Below are positions 42,313 to 53,471 of a stretch of DNA of 64,000 nt, one piece after another (within the stretch, counting starts at the first letter, position 1; the number at the start of each line of letters is the position of its first letter). The stretch spans positions 1,056,001 through 1,120,000 of the forward strand of contig CBDCCK010000002.1 in NCBI GenBank assembly GCA_965214835.1, read 5' to 3'. Position numbers and translations under genes: made by a program. Source of the DNA: Nitrosopumilaceae archaeon (GTDB lineage Archaea > Thermoproteota > Nitrososphaeria > Nitrososphaerales > Nitrosopumilaceae). Under the pieces are notes generated by a model that was not told the origin of the DNA, did not search any database, and saw only the letters and a list, made by a program, of their open reading frames with translations.

Positions 42313-43705
42313 GTTATGCATGTGCTTCGCGCACTACCTGTTGAATGGGGATATCCGAGCTGCTGTTCCTGTGCTACGCGCACTGATGGATGAATGCAGC
42401 TTCTGATCTGTCAAACCATATCCAAAAGGAGGTGAAAGAAAAGGATTGAGAAGCATAGGAATAGACATTGGAAAGAGAAAATGCGGTGTGCGTCATCGAC
42501 GCCAAGGGACACGTGCTAGAGGAGGGCTCGTATAACAACACGTACAAGGAGGCATCAAAGCTTGCTGCACGACTGAAAAAAGAGTACAAAAAGTGCTAGG
42601 CCGCGTGCGAGTCAACGGGCAACATGTGGCTAAAGACGTTCAGGGCGTTTGAGGATCAGCATATCCCCATACTGCTTGCAAACACCCTCAAGATGAAGAT
42701 AGTATCAGAGACCAGCGCAAAGACCGACCCGATAGACGCAAGGAAGATAGCCGACACGCTCAGGGCCGGAATGATACCACGATGCTACGTGGCATCAGCA
42801 GAGCTGAGGGATGTCAGGGAGCTGATGAGGTACAGGATACGGATGGTACAGGAGAGGACCGCAGTCATAAACGGGCTGCACAGCTTGGCTTGACAAGTAC
42901 GACATAGCCATAGATGCATCCACGATGTACTCCAAGAAGGCCATACGGAAGATCTCCGATACCAGGCTGAACATGCCAAACGATGACAGGATACTGGCAA
43001 GCTGCACTAGGAGGATTGCATCAGTTACAGAGGAGATAGACCAAGCAGGGGAGGACATAGGAAGACAGGCAGGATCGAACGAGGATGCCAAGCTGCTGTT
43101 GAGCATGACGGGAATAGACACCTTTGCAGCAATGCTGCTGATAGCAGAGATCGGTGACATAACCAGGTTTCCATCGCCGAACCAGCTTGTGTCCTGGGCC
43201 GGCATGTGTCCCCGGGTGTACCAGTCGGGGGAACGCGAGTACCACGGCCACATGAAAAAGGATGCAAACCGCAGGATCAACTGGCTGATGATCCAGATAG
43301 CCAACGTCGCCGTACAGCACGACGACAGGATGAGGGAGTTCTACGAGAGGGTCCGCAAAAGGAACGGCAACAACCACGTCATAGCGATAACGCATGTTGC
43401 AAACAAGATGCTCAGGATAATCTGGCACATGCTGACGACAAAGACTGCGTATTCATCGCGCAATGCTGTCCTGTACGACAAGAAGATCAAGAGGGTGACA
43501 GAACTGGCGGGAACGGCATAGGATTACCACCTTCCATCCCCCACCCACCCAATGATCCGCCCGCACCTCGGCAGGTGCGACAGGACTGGCTCGTGCGTAT
43601 TGCTAGCGTTAGCTATAAAGCACGGCCCGGCCGACTAGGCACGGATCAGAAGACGAAAGGAACGTCGCCATGTTACTGGCGGGCGTTTTACCATGGATGC
43701 ATAAC
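42313..43705 (+). mobile_element. IS110-family element, full length, transposase pseudogenised
   Basis: MRSIGIDIGK (TTG at 42446), CESTG, KTDPIDA, QSG; frameshifts near 42485 and 42888, TAG at 42597; GTTATGCAT/ATGCATAAC ends with TC on both flanks. Confidence 0.9.
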
Positions 43706-44451
43706 TCCGACTAGAGCCCAGCCAATTCTTCCGGATCACTACCGGCGCTCGGTTCCTACACGGCAGCCACCGCCTCTGCGATCCACTTGTTGTACAGCCA
43801 TATCCTCAACTTTACCTCCTGTACTATATTGGACCACTTGAGGGCCTTTACGTCCTCGCCGAACATGCGCTTTATGGCCGATATCACGATCTCGACGATC
43901 CATCTGATGCCAAAGCCGACCGTGCTCTTCGGGTACCGCAGGTTCTCCTGCCCCTCCTCCTTTGATAGGCTGCCCACCTGCTCCTCGGGACCGCCCCCGA
44001 GCTGCCATCGCACCAGCCGGCCCCACTTGTCGCCGGTGCCCCTGCCCTTTGCATTGCAGCTTGTCAAGAGCCGTATGAGTGGCCTTATGCCTCGCTTGTG
44101 GCACTCGGCTACGTTCTTCCTTGAACCGTATCCGCCGTCTGCAAGCATAATCTTGCCCGGCATGTCCTGGTTCTCGCCGGTGCCGAGCCGCGCCAGCGGC
44201 GATGTCCCGTCTGCAAGCATGTTGGGGATCTTGACTGCGTCCGCGCTGTCGGTGCAGTTTTTCTCCTCTTCCTTGATGTTCCTGGACGCCTCATCAAGCA
44301 ATTCGTAAGAGTTTGCCCCTTGTGCGATACTGCCGGCCGGGGTCTTGATCACCATATTCTTCACACCGCATCCCGGGGCGAGCCAGTTCGTCGTGTATGT
44401 CATCGGCGCCTAGATCGGCCAAGCTCGATGACACGCTTGCAGCGGTGGCCC

Positions 44452-44532
44452 GTAAGGATTTGCCCCCTCCAGAAGATATGACATGGTGATCAAGGCCTTG
44501 GTCTGCAGTGTAGTATAGGGGCAAACTCTTAC
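44452..44532. mobile_element. IS66-derived MITE family A
   Basis: GTAAGGATTTGCCCC...GGGGCAAACTCTTAC; internal GGTGATCAAG. Confidence 0.8.
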
Positions 44533-44621
44533 GAATCCTCCCACGTTGGCGAGGTCATGGTATCTGGGGTCGGGCGTCTGCCCGTTTTGCCGCCTGTAGA
44601 TTTTTGCGTATATTATAAAGG

Positions 44622-46808
44622 CTACCTGTAGTAAGAGGCGACGAGTTTTTCCCCTATCTTGAGATCCTTTTGCTCTCTGACCTTCTTTACGGCCTCTTCA
44701 AAGTTCTTCATTTTTACCTCTGCACCCTTGGTGGTCTTTTCGATTTCCTTGATCTCTGGATGGCTATCGAGGAACTCGTGGATGACCAGTGACACGGCCG
44801 TGTTTGCAATTGCCGCAACGTCCGCACCGCTCAGTCCGTCCGTCATTTCTGCCAGCTTGTCAAAGTCCACATGTTCTTCCTTGCTTGGATCAGTGACTGC
44901 TGGAATCTCCTTTGCATTGATCTCCAGTATCCTCTTCCTGCTTTCCTTGTCTGGCAGCGGAATCTGGATGATCTTATCAAACCTGCCCGGGCGCAAGAGT
45001 GCTGGATCAATCATGTCTGCCCTGTTTGTCGCTGCAAGGACTACGACCCCGTGCATGTTTTCCATCCCGTCCAGCTCCGTCAGTAGCTGGCTTACGACCC
45101 TCTCAGTAACGGCCGTCTCGCCGCCTGCTCCCCTGACTGGCGCAATCGAGTCTATCTCGTCAAAGAATACGACACATGGAGCAGACTGTCTTGCGCGTTT
45201 GAAAATTTCCCTGATTCCCCGCTCTGACTCTCCTACCCACTTTGAGAGCAGTTCAGGGCCTCTTACGGACACAAAGTTTGCCTCGCTTTGCGTGGCCACG
45301 GCCTTTGCCAGCAGGGTCTTGCCTGTCCCGCTTGTCCCGTGCAAAAGGATTCCACGCGGCATCTTGTGTCCCAGCTTGTCGTACAGTCCCGGATACTTCA
45401 TGGGCCACTCGACTGCCTCCTGGAGCTCCTTTTTTACGTCCTCTAATCCGCCGACATCCTCCCACTTTACGTCCGGATTCTCGATGAACACCTCCCTCAT
45501 TCCGGATGGCGTTACCTCGATTATGGCCTTTTGAAAGTCGTCTGAGTTTACAATCAGCTTGTCCAAGGTTTCGGGTGGTATCTTCTCATCCTCGAGGTTT
45601 AGCTCCGGCAGCAGCCTTCTCAGGCATTTCATGGCCGCCTCCTTGCACAGGTACTCCAAATCCGCGCCTACGTATCCGTGGCTGATTGCCGCCACCTTGT
45701 CCATGTTCACCTCGTCTGACAGCGGCATGTTTCTTGTATGGATTGCAAGAATGTCCTTGCGGCCCTTTTTGTCCGGAACCTTGATCTCAATCTCCCTGTC
45801 AAACCTGCCCGGACGCCTTAGTGCGGGATCAATTGCATTTGGCCTGTTTGTCGCCGAGATCACCACGACCTTGCCCCTTGCCTCCAGACCGTCCATCAAG
45901 GATAGCATCTGTGATACGACCCTTCTTTCCACCTCGCCGGTAACCTCCTCCCTTTTTGGCGCAATGGAATCTATCTCGTCTACGAAAATAATCGAAGGCG
46001 CCTTTTCCCTTGCCTCCTTGAAAATCTCCCTCAGTCTTGCCTCGCTCTCTCCGTAGAACTTTGACATGATTTCGGGACCTGATATGCTAATAAAGTGGGC
46101 ATTGCTTTCGTTTGCAACGGCCTTTGCCAGCAGGGTCTTGCCGGTTCCGGGCGGGCCGTACAACAGAACCCCCTTTGGTGCCTCGATTCCAAGCTTTTCA
46201 AATATCTCCGGATGGCGCAGTGGCAGCTCAATCATCTCCCTTACCTTTTTAATTTCATCTGTCAGCCCCCCGATGTCCTCATAGGTGACCTGTGGGACGC
46301 CCCTTAGCGTCTCGCCTTTTTCTGCAATATGGAATACCGTCTTTTGGGTGACTAGGACTGCGTCAGCTGCAGGCGTCACGCCAATGACCTGGAAGGTCAG
46401 CCTTCCGCCAAAGTACGGCACCATGACATTGTCCCCCTTGATCAGGGGAACGCTTTCTAGTGCGTCAGCAAGGTATCTCTCATCTATCGGCGGGATCGCC
46501 TCTAGTGGAGCAACCACTATTTTTTCAGCAGCGACTGCCTTTATTTTTCTAACCGAAATTGTATCCCCTATTGCTATGCCTGAGTTGTTTCTACCTAGTC
46601 CGTCAATCCTAATGATTCCCTTGCCCTCATCTGACGGATATAGCGGAAGGCATTTTGCAACGGTTCTCCTCTTTCCCTTGATCTCAATAACATCGCCTGT
46701 GGAGGCATTTAGGGTATCCATGGAGTCATAATCAATTCTTGCGACCCCCCTGCCTACATCCCTGGTGTATGCCTCTAGGACCTTGAGGGAGAGGGCGTTT
46801 TGACTCAT
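44622..46808 (-). CDS. cdc48: CDC48/VCP AAA+ ATPase
   Basis: Two AAA modules ([22 protein letters not shown]). Confidence 0.97.
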   Translation of the reverse strand: MSQNALSLKVLEAYTRDVGRGVARIDYDSMDTLNASTGDVIEIKGKRRTVAKCLPLYPSDEGKGIIRIDGLGRNNSGIAIGDTISVRKIKAVAAEKIVVAPLEAIPPIDERYLADALESVPLIKGDNVMVPYFGGRLTFQVIGVTPAADAVLVTQKTVFHIAEKGETLRGVPQVTYEDIGGLTDEIKKVREMIELPLRHPEIFEKLGIEAPKGVLLYGPPGTGKTLLAKAVANESNAHFISISGPEIMSKFYGESEARLREIFKEAREKAPSIIFVDEIDSIAPKREEVTGEVERRVVSQMLSLMDGLEARGKVVVISATNRPNAIDPALRRPGRFDREIEIKVPDKKGRKDILAIHTRNMPLSDEVNMDKVAAISHGYVGADLEYLCKEAAMKCLRRLLPELNLEDEKIPPETLDKLIVNSDDFQKAIIEVTPSGMREVFIENPDVKWEDVGGLEDVKKELQEAVEWPMKYPGLYDKLGHKMPRGILLHGTSGTGKTLLAKAVATQSEANFVSVRGPELLSKWVGESERGIREIFKRARQSAPCVVFFDEIDSIAPVRGAGGETAVTERVVSQLLTELDGMENMHGVVVLAATNRADMIDPALLRPGRFDKIIQIPLPDKESRKRILEINAKEIPAVTDPSKEEHVDFDKLAEMTDGLSGADVAAIANTAVSLVIHEFLDSHPEIKEIEKTTKGAEVKMKNFEEAVKKVREQKDLKIGEKLVASYYR

Positions 46809-46855
46809 ACAAAAATGGTCTTTGGCTAATTTTTATATCTTTGGCGCTTCCAAAC

Positions 46856-46944
46856 GCAAGAGTTTGACCCCTCCAAAAGATACCGGGTGGGGGGCATTGG
46901 TGATCAAGGCCCTGACAGGCACTCGCCTGGGGGCAAGCTCTTTC
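46856..46944. mobile_element. IS66-derived MITE family A (degenerate ends)
   Basis: GCAAGAGTTTGACCCC..GGTGATCAAGG..GGGCAAGCTCTT aligns with the reverse complement of 5328-5417. Confidence 0.75.
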
Positions 46945-47130
46945 CAGCTGAGCAAAATGTGCTGAAAAACCGGGCAAAAACCGAATCTGGGCAAGAAGCA
47001 GGCGCCTCAAGTCATGCCAGTGACAAGTCAAAAGCAGCAATTCCGGCCACGCCTCACTTGCCGCCTCAGGATCGCTTGCGCGCTGCCAACCATAAGCTTA
47101 AAATCGGAAGGATTGTGACCGTCGATCTAC

Positions 47131-47862
47131 ATGGGAAAGAGACCGCTGGTTAGAAGACGCGGCCGTGGAGGCATGCAGTTTAGGGTATCTGCGACCGGCA
47201 AGGTGGCAGATGCCAAGTATCCAAGCTATCCACTCTCCGAGCAGCATGAGGGAAAAATAGTCGATCTTGTACATGAGCGAGGCCGTGACGCCCCCCTCGC
47301 AAAGGTCAGGTTTGAGGACGGCTCAATCTCGTTTGTTCCTGCCGTCATTGGAACAAAGGTAGGCACTGTCATGCAGTTTGGCCTAAAATCAAAAATCGAG
47401 GACGGAAACGTGATTAGCGTCCAAAACATTCCAGATGGCACGGTCGTCTGCAACGTAGAGCGGCATTTCTGCGATGGCGGCGCAATTGTCAAGTCTGCAG
47501 GAACAAGCGCAACTGTCTTCTCACATGGGGAGGACGGGGTGACTGTAAAGCTGCCTTCTGGCAAGTTCATCACACTGAATCCCAAAAACCGCGCAATGAT
47601 CGGCTCCCTGTCCGGCGGCGGCGCGTCTGAGAGGCCGCTGATGAGCGCGGGTGGAAAATGGAGGAAATTCCGCGCACGGGGCAGAAAGTACCCAATAGTC
47701 AGAGGCGTCGCACAGGCAGCCTACGTTCACCCGCATGGCGGTGGACGGCACCAGCACGTCGGCCAGAGCTCAACCGTATCCAGGGACACTCCTCCGGGCG
47801 CCAAGGTGGGAAGTATTGCTGCAAGAAAGACCGGAAGGGCCAGAATCAAAGATAGAAGGTAG
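47131..47862 (+). CDS. rpl2: 50S ribosomal protein uL2
   Basis: RRRGRG, VRGVA..HPHGGG. Confidence 0.96.
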   Translation: MGKRPLVRRRGRGGMQFRVSATGKVADAKYPSYPLSEQHEGKIVDLVHERGRDAPLAKVRFEDGSISFVPAVIGTKVGTVMQFGLKSKIEDGNVISVQNIPDGTVVCNVERHFCDGGAIVKSAGTSATVFSHGEDGVTVKLPSGKFITLNPKNRAMIGSLSGGGASERPLMSAGGKWRKFRARGRKYPIVRGVAQAAYVHPHGGGRHQHVGQSSTVSRDTPPGAKVGSIAARKTGRARIKDRR

Positions 47863-47905
47863 CCCAGCCTAAAATTGATTAATAGCTTTTCAAGAATTCC
47901 TTTGG

Positions 47906-48181
47906 ATGGCACAGCGAATACACCTGTTTGTAACCGGCAAGGTGCAGGGGGTTTTCTTCAGACAGGCGTTAAAAGTTATGGCAAGGAGAAACAATGTCCT
48001 CGGATGGGTCAAGAATCTCAAAGACGGCCGCGTTGAGGCCATTTTGGAGGGCGAGGATCTTAATGTCAGCAAGGTAGTCGAGTGGGCGCACGCGGGTCCG
48101 GCAAATGCCAGGGTGGAGGACGTCGAGATTAGAAATGAGGACTATGCTGGCGAGTTCACAAAGTTTGACGTGCTGTACTAG
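47906..48181 (+). CDS. acyP: Acylphosphatase
   Basis: GKVQGVFFR, GWVKN..DGRVE. Confidence 0.95.
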   Translation: MAQRIHLFVTGKVQGVFFRQALKVMARRNNVLGWVKNLKDGRVEAILEGEDLNVSKVVEWAHAGPANARVEDVEIRNEDYAGEFTKFDVLY

Positions 48182-48510
48182 CGTATGGTCTCTAGCGCCT
48201 CCTTTATCACCGGCTTTATCCTTTCAAAATCCTCCTGCGATGAGACCTTGGCCATGCCGAGCGGATCCTTGCGGCCTTTCTGAATCTTAATCACAACCAG
48301 ATCCCCCTCGGGCGCAACGTCTGCAAACCATCTAAGCGTGATCGACTTGCAAAATACAATCCTGTGCATTCTTACATCCTCCACCACGTTGTCTGCCAGT
48401 CCCAGGCAGTAATCCCTGATCAAATCGTACAGCGGCTGTATTTTTTCTGGGACTTGTTTTTTAAAGTCATCATAGCTTCTCCTGCTTCCAAACGAGACCA
48501 GTCCTGTCAT
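48178..48510 (-). CDS. Hypothetical protein
   Basis: 110-aa ORF filling the gap between acyP and the SRP RNA; TATA-like element upstream. Confidence 0.7.
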   Translation of the reverse strand: MTGLVSFGSRRSYDDFKKQVPEKIQPLYDLIRDYCLGLADNVVEDVRMHRIVFCKSITLRWFADVAPEGDLVVIKIQKGRKDPLGMAKVSSQEDFERIKPVIKEALETIR

Positions 48511-48554
48511 AAGACAGTTCTTTGAAATTAGTATATAGTAGTAGCCCTACTGGT

Positions 48555-48850
48555 TCCGATCCAGACCGGTGACCCCATTTCAGGGCGTACAAGATCCGCC
48601 ACGTTGACGAAGAAGCGTGGATGCCCCACCTTAGGATTGCTCCCTCCCGGACCTCGTCCCTTTCGATGGCTCAGTCTTGAAAGTTATCCCTTCGGATAAT
48701 TCCAGTCTTGCAACCACCCGCTTCGGCGTGATTTCATTTCCGCACGCCAAGCGGGAATCACCCTTCTAGAGATTTACCCAGTAGTTACTGATCTCTGCAT
48801 ATAGCCGGTTTCAGAACAGGGCACGGCTGGCGCCCCGATCCTACCTACTA
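48555..48850 (-). ncRNA. ffs: Archaeal SRP (7S) RNA
   Basis: Alu-like GGGGCGCCAGCCGTGCCCTGTTCTGAAACCGGC and helix-8-like ACGAGGTCCGGGAGGGAGCAA; ends approximate. Confidence 0.8.
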
Positions 48851-48883
48851 CCAGAAACCCTACAACGTATTGTTATATTTGCA

Positions 48884-49798
48884 TTAGGCCTGTTTTCCCT
48901 TAAATTTGGACACGGTACTGCATACCGAGCAGATTTTTCCCGTACACTGTGCCCCACAGCTCCGGCATCTTGTTTTTGCCTTGGAATCTGCCTCCCTGAC
49001 AATCCCTGAAATCTTTACAACCGAGTTGTACAGGTTGTTTTTAATTCCCACATGCTGTCCCTCCAGCGAGTTTAGGAACTGGCGAATCTCTGTCCTGATT
49101 CCCTCGCCCATGTGCGGACATGGCTCTGTCTGGAAGGGTATTTGGTTTGCAAATGCATAAAAGACAATCTCGGACTCGTAGATTTCTGAAAACGGCTTGA
49201 TTTTTCTCAAGACGGGATTTTCTGCATCCGGACTCATCCGGCCGATCTTACTGACGTCCCCCGACAGCATGTTGATGAGATATGTCTGCAGGTTGTCATC
49301 CAGATTGTGTGCCGTAGCTATTACGTTTGCCCCGATTTCCATTGCCGCATGATCCATTGCGCGCCGTCTCAGCGTGCCGCAAATCGAGCATGACGAGGTT
49401 TTTTCACCCCCCCTTTGTCCCAGTGCCTCCTCCAGTGTCAGCTCAAACAGTCCCTTGTATGAAAAAACACCGTGCTTGACCCCGAGCTTCCCACAGTATT
49501 CCCCTGCAATTTCCAGCGCCTCATTGCGATATCCGGGTATGCCCTCATCTATTGTGACTGCGTGGATTCTAAAATTGTGTGATTTTGACATCTGATCTAG
49601 AATATGCAGCAGTGCAAGCGAGTCCTTGCCGCCTGAAACGGCGACGGCTACCAGATCACCGCCCCTTATCATCCTGTGCTTTGAAATTGTTTTTGCAGTC
49701 TTTCTCATAATTGAGTCTGTAAAGCACCCGGAGCACAGGCTTTCCCCGGAATACCTCCTTGTATATGCTGCTACTTTTTCACATCTGCCGCATTGCAC
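48884..49798 (-). CDS. TtuA/Ncs6-like tRNA thiolation protein (TIGR00269 type)
   Basis: SGGKDS PP-loop, CSICG..RR, AHNLDD, terminal Zn fingers. Confidence 0.9.
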   Translation of the reverse strand: MQCGRCEKVAAYTRRYSGESLCSGCFTDSIMRKTAKTISKHRMIRGGDLVAVAVSGGKDSLALLHILDQMSKSHNFRIHAVTIDEGIPGYRNEALEIAGEYCGKLGVKHGVFSYKGLFELTLEEALGQRGGEKTSSCSICGTLRRRAMDHAAMEIGANVIATAHNLDDNLQTYLINMLSGDVSKIGRMSPDAENPVLRKIKPFSEIYESEIVFYAFANQIPFQTEPCPHMGEGIRTEIRQFLNSLEGQHVGIKNNLYNSVVKISGIVREADSKAKTRCRSCGAQCTGKICSVCSTVSKFKGKQA

Positions 49799-49837
49799 AA
49801 AAATCGATTCTCGCCTGTCCTTATGACTTTTTAGATG

Positions 49838-51034
49838 CTATATCGTAAACCAGCCTGACTTGATGTATGTCAGCGCAATATTGAGGCCAAATACGGCAAA
49901 CGTAAAGGCGTAGATGGACCACATGATTCTGTTGACCCCGGCCTCAGAGATCTTGTCGACTATGATGCTGTGGATAAACTTACCCCCGTCAAGAATTGGC
50001 AGGGGCAGCATGTTGATTATTCCTATGAAAAATGAAATCAGCCAGAGCCACAGCAGGTACATGGACACGTGCGGATCCCACTGTATAAAGTCATAGATTG
50101 GAGTATGGGATGTGTTGTCTCTGATAATCCCCATTCTTCCTATCTCCGGATCGTCAGGAGACGGCATTATCTCAACTGGAAACGTTATTTCCTGTCCACT
50201 GCGCAGCACCGAAACGTCTGCAGTCTGTCCGGGCAGCAGCTCTATCTCCTGGAGATCCACCCACGTATTTACTCTTGCCTCATTTATCTGCGTAATGACA
50301 TCCCCGACTGCCATTCCGGCCTTTTCAGCTCCAAACCCGCTCGTTATTTCCAGAACCTTTACCCCTTCAGGCGCTACGTAAAATGCATCCACAACCTGCT
50401 CGGGCAGCACCAGTGCAAACACCGGGTTTGTAAGCAGCAGCGCCCCAAGGGCCAGTGCAAAAATAACATTTGCCGTTGCGCCTGCCCCTATCACCCTAAG
50501 CTTTGAAATCTTTTTTGCCTTTTCAAATTCCTCCTCGTCAGGCTCTACAAATCCCGCAAAAATTGCGATAAAGACTGCAAAGCCCCCTGATTTTACCCTG
50601 ATCTTTTCTAGCGTGGCTACTATTCCGTGCGCTCCCTCGTGCACGACTAGCACGATGGGCAGCGACAGCAAAAACGCCGCAATGGCAGATCCCGAGGTCA
50701 GCGTTATTCCCGGAATAAGGACTGTCAGCTCGGCAGCCTCTGATGGGATAAAAACAAACTTGAAGATATTGTCCAGCAAGAACCAGAACGCAAAGCCCAT
50801 CATCATAAAGCCCGCAACTACGCTTACGTCGGCAAAGACGCGAATTCCCCTGCGCGTCCTGCCTAGCATGCCGGAGAGAACCGATTGGACCTGGTAGTTC
50901 TTGTAGACAAGGCTGTATGCCTTTAGCTCAAACCCCCGTTTTTCCAGCCTCAGTCCCTTGGCCACTGCCAAAACGGCGACCCAGCCAATCAGGACGTAGA
51001 TGATTGCATTTTGTGAAAGAAAATCAAGCTCCAA
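49838..51034 (-). CDS. Site-2 protease (M50) with PDZ domain
   Basis: HEGAH, AFVEP-like GFVEPD, NMLPLPILDGG. Confidence 0.92.
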   Translation of the reverse strand: MELDFLSQNAIIYVLIGWVAVLAVAKGLRLEKRGFELKAYSLVYKNYQVQSVLSGMLGRTRRGIRVFADVSVVAGFMMMGFAFWFLLDNIFKFVFIPSEAAELTVLIPGITLTSGSAIAAFLLSLPIVLVVHEGAHGIVATLEKIRVKSGGFAVFIAIFAGFVEPDEEEFEKAKKISKLRVIGAGATANVIFALALGALLLTNPVFALVLPEQVVDAFYVAPEGVKVLEITSGFGAEKAGMAVGDVITQINEARVNTWVDLQEIELLPGQTADVSVLRSGQEITFPVEIMPSPDDPEIGRMGIIRDNTSHTPIYDFIQWDPHVSMYLLWLWLISFFIGIINMLPLPILDGGKFIHSIIVDKISEAGVNRIMWSIYAFTFAVFGLNIALTYIKSGWFTI

Positions 51035-51074
51035 TTATTGCTACTTTTTTTAATTACGCCATTTATCACTTACT

Positions 51075-51386
51075 ATGAAGCCGGCAGTTGTAATCTCCAC
51101 ATTTCCCAGCAAGCGCTCCCTGACCAAGATTGCCAACCAGCTGGTCAGAGACAAAATCGTCGCATGTGTGAACTTTTTCCCGATCTCCTCAGTATATTCT
51201 TGGAGGGGCAAAATCGAAAACGAAGGCGAGTACCTAGGAATCTTCAAGACCGCACAAAAAAACAAGGATCTCCTCAAAAAGACGCTGGCAGAACTCCATC
51301 CTTATGACGTGCCTGAAATCGCAGAGATAGACGTCTCCTCCGTCAATCCGTCATACATGAGGTGGGTTCTTGGCTCCACCATCTAG
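51075..51386 (+). CDS. cutA: Divalent-cation tolerance protein CutA
   Basis: ACVN, SVYSW.G, HPYDVPEI. Confidence 0.93.
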   Translation: MKPAVVISTFPSKRSLTKIANQLVRDKIVACVNFFPISSVYSWRGKIENEGEYLGIFKTAQKNKDLLKKTLAELHPYDVPEIAEIDVSSVNPSYMRWVLGSTI

Positions 51387-52441
51387 CTTTCCACCGCAAA
51401 TCTCAATGTTGAGACCATTCCGCCAAGTCCGGCCACCCTGAGACCAAGATCCGTTGACGAGTCTACGCTGAAAATCTGCGTACCTTTTGACTCTGCATCG
51501 TTTAGGAACTCTATGATCCTCCCCTCATCCTCGTCTTCTAGTACCCTGTCCGAAAACACCAGCGACTCGATGGCGCCATACCGATTTGCGTTATTGGCCT
51601 CCTCGAACCCCATGGTAAATTTCCTGCTTTGCCTGCCTGCCATCGACATCACGCTGTCAATGATATCCGCAATCCGTGCGATCTTGCTGCCTGCCATTAT
51701 CTCCTTCATGGCCTCTGATTTTGTAAACGTATGGATGCCGTCCTCCCCGCCCGAATCTATTCCCTCGACTATCTGAATGCCTGGCTTTTTTGCACTTGAT
51801 GATTTTTCGGCATAGTTTGCAAACCTCCTTTTGGTCTCCCCCGGACCAAAGACTACCATCCTGTCACCCTCTTTTATGACGGATGCTACTGCCCTGTCTA
51901 CCTCCTGAAAGAATTTCTCCGTGTTAAAGCTAGTCTTGTACTGCTTTCCAGCCAAGCCCGAATAGATGTTTGGCATGACCTCCAAATGGGTTCCATCCAG
52001 TCTTGCTATCCCACAGTCTGCCCTGTCGATTGCGACTAGAACAAACCCCGTCCTGTCGTTTTCTGTATCGACCAGCTTTTTTTCTACGCCGCCCCACTTT
52101 TTCTTAAAGATTGTAAATGCATCCCCTGCCTTGATTAGCATGGAGTGGTGCGAGCCGTGCGGAACTGCCTCATTGCTTGACTCCAGTATCGTTCCTGCAA
52201 CTCTTAGCCTGTCTACGGCGCTGTCTAACGATATCTTTTCGACTCGCAATGAGATTCTGACCCTGACTCTCTCACCCCTGTCTGGCCTCGAGTATTCCCT
52301 GTCCTGCTTGATTACCCGCGTAGTGTCCCCGGTCATCCTGTCGCCCACCTTGATCACGCGGCGAAGACTTAGCAGGTCATCTGCATCCTGGACAATCACG
52401 GAAATCGTATTGTCGTCGACAACCCTGCCAATCATAGCCAT
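51383..52441 (-). CDS. pelA: Pelota/aDom34 ribosome rescue factor
   Basis: DDLLSL..GD, RLRVAG, GSHH, GPG, LGGMVSTLRF. Confidence 0.92.
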   Translation of the reverse strand: MAMIGRVVDDNTISVIVQDADDLLSLRRVIKVGDRMTGDTTRVIKQDREYSRPDRGERVRVRISLRVEKISLDSAVDRLRVAGTILESSNEAVPHGSHHSMLIKAGDAFTIFKKKWGGVEKKLVDTENDRTGFVLVAIDRADCGIARLDGTHLEVMPNIYSGLAGKQYKTSFNTEKFFQEVDRAVASVIKEGDRMVVFGPGETKRRFANYAEKSSSAKKPGIQIVEGIDSGGEDGIHTFTKSEAMKEIMAGSKIARIADIIDSVMSMAGRQSRKFTMGFEEANNANRYGAIESLVFSDRVLEDEDEGRIIEFLNDAESKGTQIFSVDSSTDLGLRVAGLGGMVSTLRFAVES

Positions 52442-52471
52442 TTAACCATGCGATAGTAAAAAAGAAAATAC

Positions 52472-52882
52472 CTACCTGCTATCTTTGGAATCGCCCTGAC
52501 TCTTCTTTTTGACATAGTTTTCTACCCAGTCCAAGGTAATCACCCCCGCCTCGGCCAGGTTGACCAGAGAGTTTGAGGATGCGTTTCCCGTCACCTTTCC
52601 ACTATGCCTCCTAATCTGCCTCCACTTGAGCAAGGTGTTTCCACTCTTTGACGTATAAATTATGCCCAGCACGTCTCTTGCATTGACAAATGTAATCTCA
52701 CGAATCTTTTTCAGGGTGACCTTGTCGGCTGCCTCCACATAGATTGAGCCCAGGCCCTCCTCTCTTTCTGCAAACACCTCAAAGTCATCCAGATAGCTTT
52801 TTGGGGCAAACGAGCTGCACGTGCTTGCAATAACGAAGCGCCTGAAGCTTTCAAGGGATGCCGATGCGTCTATCGCTACCAT
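52472..52882 (-). CDS. Hypothetical protein
   Basis: Clean 136-aa ORF upstream of pelota. Confidence 0.7.
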   Translation of the reverse strand: MVAIDASASLESFRRFVIASTCSSFAPKSYLDDFEVFAEREEGLGSIYVEAADKVTLKKIREITFVNARDVLGIIYTSKSGNTLLKWRQIRRHSGKVTGNASSNSLVNLAEAGVITLDWVENYVKKKSQGDSKDSR

Positions 52883-53051
52883 AGATATGCACACCGGCTT
52901 GCCATTTATCAAGCTTCTTGAAAGACTCAATTAGTATGGTGTCTGAAAACGGCTTGCGGGCGGTGATGAACGTATCCCAATGATTGATGAATTGGATCTT
53001 GAGTTCTGAGCCTGCCGTAATTTTTAAGAAGCAACATCCCAAACCACAACC

Positions 53052-53471
53052 ATGAAGTCACTGACAGAATACCTGACATTTAACACAAAAACCCGCGTCG
53101 CGTTTGTCAATATTACGCCTGACGTGAGGGAGCTTGTGCATAAAAGCGGCATCAAGGAAGGACTGTGCCTGGTAAATGCAATGCACATCACTGCCAGCGT
53201 GTTCATAAACGACAACGAACCCGGGTTGCACCATGACTACGAAAAGTGGCTGGAGGAGCTGGCCCCGCATGAGCCAACCGGGGACTATAGGCATAATGAT
53301 ACCGGTGAGGATAACGCCGATGCACATCTGAAAAGGCAGGTCATGGGACGAGAGGTTGTAGTCTCTGTAACAAACGGAGAGCTGGACTTTGGTCCCTGGG
53401 AGGCGATATTTTATGGCGAGTTTGACGGAAGGCGGAGTAAGAGAGTGTTGGTTAAGATTATCGGCCAGTGA
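53052..53471 (+). CDS. YjbQ/UPF0047 family protein
   Basis: [25 protein letters not shown]. Confidence 0.93.
   Translation: MKSLTEYLTFNTKTRVAFVNITPDVRELVHKSGIKEGLCLVNAMHITASVFINDNEPGLHHDYEKWLEELAPHEPTGDYRHNDTGEDNADAHLKRQVMGREVVVSVTNGELDFGPWEAIFYGEFDGRRSKRVLVKIIGQ

Larger units (their letters stand above)
42136..44420 (-). mobile_element. IS5-family (IS903/ISC1058-like) remnant hosting a MITE and IS110 in its right end
   Basis: Transposase fragment 43756-44403 (LADGGY, RWIVEIVISAIKRMFGE); terminal GACTTTATGCGTAAT at 42136; the other end was not found. Confidence 0.7.

Noticed and set aside
44659-46731. Long antisense ORFs over cdc48, and similar ones over dnaK, rpa and the transposases
   Set aside because: Shadow ORFs from codon bias; no recognisable motifs.
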